Shown here piece after piece: positions 24,399 through 30,436 of a DNA stretch of 30,436 nt. The stretch's first letter is position 1; every line of letters starts with the position of its first letter. A program made the position numbers and the translations under genes. Source of the stretch: a virus. Lineage: Duplodnaviria; Caudoviricetes. The DNA lies in IMG/VR virus record IMGVR_UViG_3300030708_002914, positions 1-30,436 of that record; one strand, given 5' to 3'. The notes beneath the pieces are model-generated. The model was not told where the DNA came from, searched no databases, and saw only the letters and a list, made by a program, of their open reading frames with translations.

Positions 24399-24919
24399 TA
24401 GTTACTCCTTGCTTTTGTTGCGAGGGTGTTCAATCCGCCGGATAACAGAGCCATTCGTCGGTCTTGGTCTCGCATCCGTGTATCGTTTAACCCACCGACC
24501 ATTGCTCCGATCATGGCGTTTTGAGAATTGAAACCTTCCTCTCGTTCTACGCCATATCGCTCGAGCCCTCTTGCTCTTTGTCCTGCAATGTTTTGACCGG
24601 AGCCGATAAAGGCTTCTCGAGTTCTAGCCAGATCACCCTCGAGAGCTGTCGTCCCCGTAGCAGTCACTGTGCTGGCGAGGTAATCCTCTACAGGCGCGAA
24701 GCGTTGTCTGTAATCTTGGGTCTGAGCTCGGATGATGTCGGCATACAACTTATCACCAGGATTATCTCTTGGATCTAACCCGGCATAAGCGTAGGGGTTT
24801 ATGTTTGCGTATGGATCGTTCCTGTCATACGGGGCTGGCATGTTGTAACCATAAAAGTCAGAAACGGCTCTACCCGCTTCAGGGCTGAGTCCCATCAGGA
24901 AATTATCAAACTCAGACAT
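24398..24919 (-). CDS. Putative internal virion protein (173 aa)
   Basis: Coupled to its neighbours. ADIIRAQTQDYRQRFAPVE helical motif resembles the PLE motif of the next gene. Confidence 0.6.
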   Translation of the reverse strand: MSEFDNFLMGLSPEAGRAVSDFYGYNMPAPYDRNDPYANINPYAYAGLDPRDNPGDKLYADIIRAQTQDYRQRFAPVEDYLASTVTATGTTALEGDLARTREAFIGSGQNIAGQRARGLERYGVEREEGFNSQNAMIGAMVGGLNDTRMRDQDRRMALLSGGLNTLATKARSN

Positions 24920-25496
24920 TGCGCTCTCCTGATCTACGCCTGTTGTTCATTGCGATTCCTGTTCCATACCCCGCTATGCCTCCGATAGTTTGCTGTAGAG
25001 CAGAATCTCTACCGAAATCCGAATAGGCTTGATCCAAAATTCTTTCAGACTCTGAGCCAGCAACATCTGTTAAGCCTCGCATTACTTCATTTGAAAGACC
25101 CTGCCCCATCGCTACTGAACCCATAAGCATCTGAGCTTGTCGATCTGATACTGTCGATCCGGCGTTCGCCATTGCTCCACCACGGCTTCTCGCATAGGCG
25201 TTATAGAGAGCTCCTTGGTTACCTTGGAAGCCTCCGCTAGATGGATCGTAGCCCCGACTTATAAGACCTCGTTGGCTATCAGCAATCCCACGTTCGTATG
25301 CCTCTCCAGCTTGAGAAGCCCCTCTGCCCATGGCTCTAGCGTAGTTAGCATCGCTCCCATAGTTCATCGCGTCATCGATGTACATGTTTTCCAAAGGCAC
25401 AAAAGTTGAGCTATATCGTCTGAGCTGAATTGCAGCTTGTTCTGATAACGCTTGGCGACTTTCCTGTTCGTCTATTCCTCCACCGCCTCCACACAT
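24912..25496 (-). CDS. Putative internal virion protein, MCGGGGG N-terminus (194 aa)
   Basis: Gly-rich N-terminus and Ala/Gly/Gln-rich helical body typical of small podovirus ejection proteins. Confidence 0.65.
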   Translation of the reverse strand: MCGGGGGIDEQESRQALSEQAAIQLRRYSSTFVPLENMYIDDAMNYGSDANYARAMGRGASQAGEAYERGIADSQRGLISRGYDPSSGGFQGNQGALYNAYARSRGGAMANAGSTVSDRQAQMLMGSVAMGQGLSNEVMRGLTDVAGSESERILDQAYSDFGRDSALQQTIGGIAGYGTGIAMNNRRRSGERNV

Positions 25497-25497
25497 A

Positions 25498-25956
25498 TCA
25501 AATTCCTTTTTTTAAAATTGAACCGCTTTTTTTAAAACCACGCCGAATGCAGAGCTTTTCGTAGCCATCCCCGGCAATCCCAGACGTAATTCCGATACAA
25601 ACTTCATGAGCATTTTTCTCCTTTGCCCAATCATAAAATTCGTCAAGCATTTGAACGGTAGGTTTTAGGATTCCTTTCCGCTCTTCTGGCTTGAAGACCA
25701 TGACTAAGTCCTGAGCAATCTTTTTCTCTGAAAAGAAATACTCGGTTACAAAGCCTAGAAAGAATCCAATGATTTGATCGTCTTTCGAGACAACACGCGC
25801 AAAGTGATTGGAATCAGGATGAGTCGATGCGGCTAGAATTGTTAGAGTCTTTTGGTCAGACCACCCACAACCAGCATAAAAACTGTTTTCCTGAAACCAT
25901 CGACCTAGAGCGTTAACTTGTTCGTAATCCTCCAAAGAGAATTGACGGACTCTCAC
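25498..25956 (-). CDS. GNAT-fold acetyltransferase-like protein
   Basis: RVR....ED, IIGFFLG, VFKPEERKG, WAKEKNA and RRGF GNAT motifs. Confidence 0.8.
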   Translation of the reverse strand: MRVRQFSLEDYEQVNALGRWFQENSFYAGCGWSDQKTLTILAASTHPDSNHFARVVSKDDQIIGFFLGFVTEYFFSEKKIAQDLVMVFKPEERKGILKPTVQMLDEFYDWAKEKNAHEVCIGITSGIAGDGYEKLCIRRGFKKSGSILKKGI

Positions 25957-26012
25957 AGTCGTTTTCCTGTTTAGGCTTCCTTGCGGATGTTTGAGTTCGA
26001 GATTTTCCTGTT

Positions 26013-26034
26013 AAAAAGGATGAGGTTTCATCCC
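26013..26034 (-). terminator. Putative intrinsic terminator/attenuator between tail and ejection modules
   Basis: Minus-strand GGATGA-AACC-TCATCC stem followed by TTTTT. Confidence 0.5.
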
Positions 26035-26094
26035 TAAATCTCTTTCGCGGATCTCTGTAATCTTACAAAAAAACGCTTGATTTTTCATACTTTT

Positions 26095-26478
26095 TTACGA
26101 CGGCGGATCTGGAAAAACCACCTCGCTTATATCTTTAATGTTCGGGTTGTTTTGCGGCAAATCTCGTAATGCTTGACGATATATAGCCCATTCATTCTTT
26201 TCTTGATCTGTTAGCGAAGCATCATTTAATTGCGTGAAATCTGTTCCTAAAAGCATGCTCGATCTTTCTTGCCGCAGCTCATTTAAAGCTGTCTTATTTA
26301 GCTCATCATCAGTCGGGGTATAATCAACCAAAACGCCGTCTTTAACTTTTTTATTGGGCTCGAATTTAGCCTCCAACACTGACTGACCGCTAGATGCTTG
26401 TAGACCAAGATCGTTATCACCACATTCGCCATATTTTATTATTTTTCCATCTGAGTCATAGACAACGTAATCTTTCAT
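26095..26478 (-). CDS. Tail fibre assembly chaperone
   Basis: LRQERS.ML..TDFTQL.D...W..YRQALRDLP...FP.PP motif. Confidence 0.85.
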   Translation of the reverse strand: MKDYVVYDSDGKIIKYGECGDNDLGLQASSGQSVLEAKFEPNKKVKDGVLVDYTPTDDELNKTALNELRQERSSMLLGTDFTQLNDASLTDQEKNEWAIYRQALRDLPQNNPNIKDISEVVFPDPPS

Positions 26479-28283
26479 TTCTTTGTCTCAATCGCAAAAA
26501 TCTGAGTCTTGTCGGCATACCAAGTTATGCTGTCATTGCTCGCTGTTTCTTTGGCAAATATTGATACGGTTTGACTCCCAGCTGAAGGAGTAACATTCAA
26601 AAAAAACGCAAAATTTTTGCCTTGGAAATTTGAATTATTCAAGCTTATTGTTCTAAGCACTGTAGAACCAATCCTGCATTCGGCAGTTCCTCCATAATTG
26701 CCAGCATTACCAGTTCCTGTTTGATGGAAATTGAAAAACAAAACCGTTGGTGCTCCTGTAGAAGTCCAAGTAATAGAAAGAATTTCTACATAACTTGTTC
26801 CAAGACCTACTACATTGCTTGCCAACGCTGCATGAGTTGGTATCGTCACCGCATTATTCGCGATCTGTAACGTATCAACTCCTAAGTTTTTTATCTTGAT
26901 GGTCCCGCCGTCAGAGTGGATTGTATTTCCATCTAGATTTATCAGGCTGGTATTTAGTGTTCCTGACGTTAGGACATTTGCATTTAGTTCGTTGACCTGA
27001 AGAGTTGCAACGCCGTTAATCACGGCAGACGTTAACGTAGCTCCATCGATGTTTAGCAAGCTAGTGTTTACTTTTCCAGCATTCAGTTTGTCAGCCGATA
27101 AACTAGCTACTTTGGCATTGTCTATTGCCGCATCAGCGATCTTCGCGTTAACAATAGATCCGTTTTTTACAAACGCATCGACCATATAAACGCCAGCCGG
27201 AACTGAAACTCCATTTAGAGTTGTCGCACTTTGATAAACAAACGGGACCGTGTCTGATGAGGGACTTGTAGTCCCTAGTCCGTTCGCGGTGCTTGAGGGG
27301 TCAATGATTGCGAACCGATCCGCACGAACAATAAACGCACTGGTCGGTCCAGATGTTGTTGTCGTGCTGGCTAAGCCAAATCCGCTAACATGTCCGTTGT
27401 TATCAATCTTTACAGTATATTGAGCTTCTACTCCATCTATTGAAGTTGCGTTAGCTGCAATCGATGTCGTGTGTCCGCCCACCGTTGTATTTAAGGTCGT
27501 AATGTCAGATGCCAAGGCTGAGTCGCCGCTTACTCTTGCGGTGCTCTCAGCTGAAAGTTGCGCTGAGGTCGCTGCTCCGTTTGCAGTGGTCTCGACAGCT
27601 CCAACCCGAGTTAGTAAAGAATCGCCAGAATAGCCACTGGAGTAACCGGTAAAGGTTTCGATGCCAGGAATTTTCGCAATTGGCTCTGAAAGGGACGATG
27701 CCAGCTGGCTCGATGTGATAGCTGTCGTTAATGAAGACAGAAGAAAAGTAACGTCAGGAGAGGTAACACCCTGCACTCCTGTAGAACTGTTGAATGGACC
27801 CAGAACATCGTTTTGGTTTACGGCTCGAACCCAATAGTAAAAGGTCTGACCTGAACCAACTTCGTCAGCGTAAACGCCTGTGAATCCACTGACCTGAGCA
27901 ATCATAGTGGCATTAGCTATCGAATCACTAGTATGCCGAAAAACCTGAACGGCACTATGACCTCCGTAGAGTTTCAGATTCCATGTCAGAATTATGTTTC
28001 GGAACGCACCACTAGCCGTAAGGTTTGTTGGTGCAGGAGGGATATCTAGGTTAGGTATATCGTCCTCTGTAGCGATTGAAGACGCTCTACCATCAAAATT
28101 CGTTATACCCCTAGCTAACTTTACGATCCCAGCGTCTAGCAAATCTCGGAAGGTGACTGCCCGATCCAGCTTGTCCCCTCGATGTCCTACCAGTACATCT
28201 AGATTTTCTTTGACAGACTCAGCAAACCTACGATCTTGATTTGCCCATCCAGTGGGTATGCTTAGGTTAGATCGCTTAGCCAT
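26475..28283 (-). CDS. Tail fibre/host-specificity protein (FN3 + DUF1983-like)
   Basis: FN3-like PPAPTNL...YYWVRAVN, YTVKID.NG.VSGFGL...F.VRADRFAI, and I.NAKIAD repeats. Confidence 0.8.
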   Translation of the reverse strand: MAKRSNLSIPTGWANQDRRFAESVKENLDVLVGHRGDKLDRAVTFRDLLDAGIVKLARGITNFDGRASSIATEDDIPNLDIPPAPTNLTASGAFRNIILTWNLKLYGGHSAVQVFRHTSDSIANATMIAQVSGFTGVYADEVGSGQTFYYWVRAVNQNDVLGPFNSSTGVQGVTSPDVTFLLSSLTTAITSSQLASSLSEPIAKIPGIETFTGYSSGYSGDSLLTRVGAVETTANGAATSAQLSAESTARVSGDSALASDITTLNTTVGGHTTSIAANATSIDGVEAQYTVKIDNNGHVSGFGLASTTTTSGPTSAFIVRADRFAIIDPSSTANGLGTTSPSSDTVPFVYQSATTLNGVSVPAGVYMVDAFVKNGSIVNAKIADAAIDNAKVASLSADKLNAGKVNTSLLNIDGATLTSAVINGVATLQVNELNANVLTSGTLNTSLINLDGNTIHSDGGTIKIKNLGVDTLQIANNAVTIPTHAALASNVVGLGTSYVEILSITWTSTGAPTVLFFNFHQTGTGNAGNYGGTAECRIGSTVLRTISLNNSNFQGKNFAFFLNVTPSAGSQTVSIFAKETASNDSITWYADKTQIFAIETKK

Positions 28284-29928
28284 TCACCTCTTCCGCGCTT
28301 TCATAAACGCACACATCATTTACCGCGACAGATCCAGCAATCTCTATTTCGAATTCATTTGCTTTATACCCAGAGGGAAGCCTGAACAGATTTCCATTCG
28401 CAACCGTTTGGGTGTGTTTTAAACTTCCGTCCGCATAAATTTTTAATGTGGGGTTTGGTGAATAACTATCACAGTTTACTTTTGCAACCCCAGGATTAAT
28501 GGGTCGCTGGGTATAAAACTTCTTGCTGCGCCAAGTGTAGCTAAGAACATTGCTTGCGTGAGACGCGAACTTCACAACCGATCCCCCAACCACGAGATAT
28601 AGCTCGTCATTCTCAAGATCGTTGAAACCAGCTGTCGCATGGAAATCTAGTTTTATATAGGAATCCTTCCCTCCTCGAGGATCAAATATAAAGCCCTTCG
28701 ACTCAGTCCCGTCATTATAAAAACCGAGGTAATGCCCTTCGTACTGGAACCCAACAATTGTCGATGGCACCAATGCTTGCCATTGATCCCTCGTTAAGAT
28801 TGGCTCGGTAACTAGCCTTAATCCGCTATCTGTAGCCATCACCAAGCCATCTGGGCTTGCGTACATAACGAAGTCGCCCATATCCACTACTGATCTCTTC
28901 GAGACACACGAGTGCGTGGAATCAACCTCTGTCATACTCATTGACGCTGGATCGAGTCCTTGGATGATCGCTGGTTTTTCTTTGGTCAAGACCAAAACAC
29001 CTGAAGTCAAAGGGGCTAAAGCGACGATGTCACTCTTCATTGTCAATCGATACGAAACAGGAAATGCATGCGGCTGGAAAGGCTCTGAGAACGCCACAGT
29101 TCGCCCTGAGAAGCCCGCTAAAATTCCGTTAGGGAGAGATACGAGACCTAACAAAGGTCCGTCAGGATGGTCAGCTGAGGTGTTGTCGGGGGGTGCTGAG
29201 AATGTTCCTGTTATGATCTCCTCGCTAAGATTCGCCTCAGCAACACTATCTGTGTAGGTGTCTGTGTTTATCGAAATATCAGCAACAAATCTAAACGCGC
29301 CATCTGAATCGGTTCGATAAAGCCGCTTTTTGAGAAGATTAAAGTTCCCTGTTGGATTGGCGGGGAAATTGACGAGTACTGTTTGATCGGAGTACACATC
29401 GACTATTTGACTAGTCAGCGCAGTGCTTGGTTCACCCTCTTCGCCATATGCCGATACATATGTGAATATATAGGATCTGGACTGAGGCACTTCGGTTCCG
29501 GTGACAGAGCTCGTGCCTTGTACAGTAACGCTGTCAAATGCAGCTGGTTTGGGGATACCGAGTGTGTAGTAAGTTCCATTACCGACTATCGAGGCAAGAG
29601 TCATTCTGGGATAGCCTGTCGATCCTCCGATGCCTGTGACATAGATTCGTTCATGCGTGTCTTCTGCGATTGGCGACCTTACAATGTCAAGTTCTTCGTT
29701 GCTGCCGATCCAAATGCTCGAGCTAAATCTAAACAATGTTTTCGTTGCCGCTGATATCGAGTAGGAAGCAACAGGAGTAATTGACGCAGACGCATTAGCT
29801 TTCCACGGCTCCAGCCGTCCACTATCTAGCCGAGTGTTAGTAGCGACTGTAGCCATGTCCTCTGGCAACAACCTGGCAAAAACTTTAGGAGCTTTTCCTC
29901 CAAATGTTTGAAGCCTAAATCCGGTCAT
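28276..29928 (-). CDS. Virion structural protein (tail nozzle/stabilisation-like, 550 aa)
   Basis: Beta-rich. F.G..P....RLLP start, YIFTYVSAYGEEG, FSEPFQPHAFP and WRSKKF patterns of podovirus tail proteins. Confidence 0.7.
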   Translation of the reverse strand: MTGFRLQTFGGKAPKVFARLLPEDMATVATNTRLDSGRLEPWKANASASITPVASYSISAATKTLFRFSSSIWIGSNEELDIVRSPIAEDTHERIYVTGIGGSTGYPRMTLASIVGNGTYYTLGIPKPAAFDSVTVQGTSSVTGTEVPQSRSYIFTYVSAYGEEGEPSTALTSQIVDVYSDQTVLVNFPANPTGNFNLLKKRLYRTDSDGAFRFVADISINTDTYTDSVAEANLSEEIITGTFSAPPDNTSADHPDGPLLGLVSLPNGILAGFSGRTVAFSEPFQPHAFPVSYRLTMKSDIVALAPLTSGVLVLTKEKPAIIQGLDPASMSMTEVDSTHSCVSKRSVVDMGDFVMYASPDGLVMATDSGLRLVTEPILTRDQWQALVPSTIVGFQYEGHYLGFYNDGTESKGFIFDPRGGKDSYIKLDFHATAGFNDLENDELYLVVGGSVVKFASHASNVLSYTWRSKKFYTQRPINPGVAKVNCDSYSPNPTLKIYADGSLKHTQTVANGNLFRLPSGYKANEFEIEIAGSVAVNDVCVYESAEEVNG

Positions 29929-30308
29929 TTTTCTCTGCTCACTCCTTTCGTTTTTTCATAAGATCGCATCGCACCGAGCCCTAATAATCCTGTCATCACG
30001 GGCATTAACAAACTTGGATCGACCTCTGGAACCTTAAACCAGATCGCCAAAACTTGAGCAATCAGGACGTTATAAAGAAGTCCTACGCCACATATCCAAC
30101 CGATAAATGGTCTCCATCCAGCAACGAATAAAGACTTATGAGCCGCTTCGACCTTGTTGATCTCGAGCTGACCTTTTAAAGCCTCTTGTGCATGACGCTC
30201 AGACATCGTTGCGATCTCATGAGCAAGAGCAGATTTCTGATCTTTGTCTTCTATAAACTTGTCGAGAAGACCTGTGACAGGTCCGATGAGCTGTCCTAAG
30301 AGAGCCAT
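29925..30308 (-). CDS. Holin, 3TM/GTA-type family
   Basis: FVAGWRPFIGWICG and LLGLGAMRSYEK.KGV motifs. Confidence 0.85.
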   Translation of the reverse strand: MALLGQLIGPVTGLLDKFIEDKDQKSALAHEIATMSERHAQEALKGQLEINKVEAAHKSLFVAGWRPFIGWICGVGLLYNVLIAQVLAIWFKVPEVDPSLLMPVMTGLLGLGAMRSYEKTKGVSREK

Positions 30309-30436
30309 TTACGCAGCATCCTCTAATGCTTTGACTTTTGCTTCCAAAGTTTCTATCACTGTTTGTTGTTCCTTCATTCCTTCAATCAAAACCGGAATTA
30401 GCTTTTTGTAATTTACAGTTAGATAATTCTCTCCGG
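30309..30436 (-). CDS. C-terminus of tail fibre with S74-type intramolecular chaperone coil (5' truncated)
   Basis: ...GENYLTVNYKKLIPVLIEGMKEQQTVIETLEAKVKALEDAA* by manual translation. Confidence 0.75.
   Translation of the reverse strand, partial: GENYLTVNYKKLIPVLIEGMKEQQTVIETLEAKVKALEDAA

Larger units (their letters stand above)
1..30436. mobile_element. Temperate podovirus-like phage genome segment (unintegrated, attP intact)
   Basis: Contiguous replication, recombination, int/xis/attP, ejection-protein, tail and holin modules. No housekeeping genes, and no tape measure or tail tube gene seen. Phage genes lie on both sides of the att core. Confidence 0.92.

Noticed and set aside
26475-28283. 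Diversity-generating retroelement or invertible tail-fibre cassette
   Set aside because: No reverse transcriptase, template/variable repeat pair or flanking inverted repeats were seen in the window.

Overview
The window is about 30 kb of a temperate, podovirus-like tailed phage genome with no host genes. It appears to be the free (excised) form, because an intact attP lies at ~11.1-11.3 kb. A CTGT-N8-ACAG SOS box and a CsrA-like gene point to a gammaproteobacterial host, and several gene families look like those of marine phages (inference). Leftward replication/nuclease operon (1-4124): initiator with internal iterons, primase-helicase, LexA-DNA-binding-domain-only protein, Ref-like nuclease, DUF3310 and a Holliday junction resolvase. 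Divergent AT-rich control region (4125-4401). Rightward operon (4402-11129): HTH regulator, Sak-like annealase, YqaJ exonuclease, SSB-like protein, single-chain tandem CsrA-like protein, and two tyrosine recombinases flanking xis. Next come attP, whose core is a tRNA-Ser(UGA) anticodon arm, and a complete replacement tRNA-Ser. The leftward late region holds a holin, tail proteins, a GNAT, ejection proteins and a 3162-aa polyvalent protein. The most notable signals are: (i) three small same-strand ORFs nested in the +1 frame of the giant gene, each directly after a globular or effector domain, which are candidate built-in immunity genes; (ii) a possible Csr-type translational control layer, with a phage CsrA pseudo-dimer and GGA arrays in phage leaders; (iii) a LexA-linked switch without a self-cleaving repressor; (iv) the tRNA-replacement integration design. 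All functional calls come from motif recognition by eye; no searches were run.
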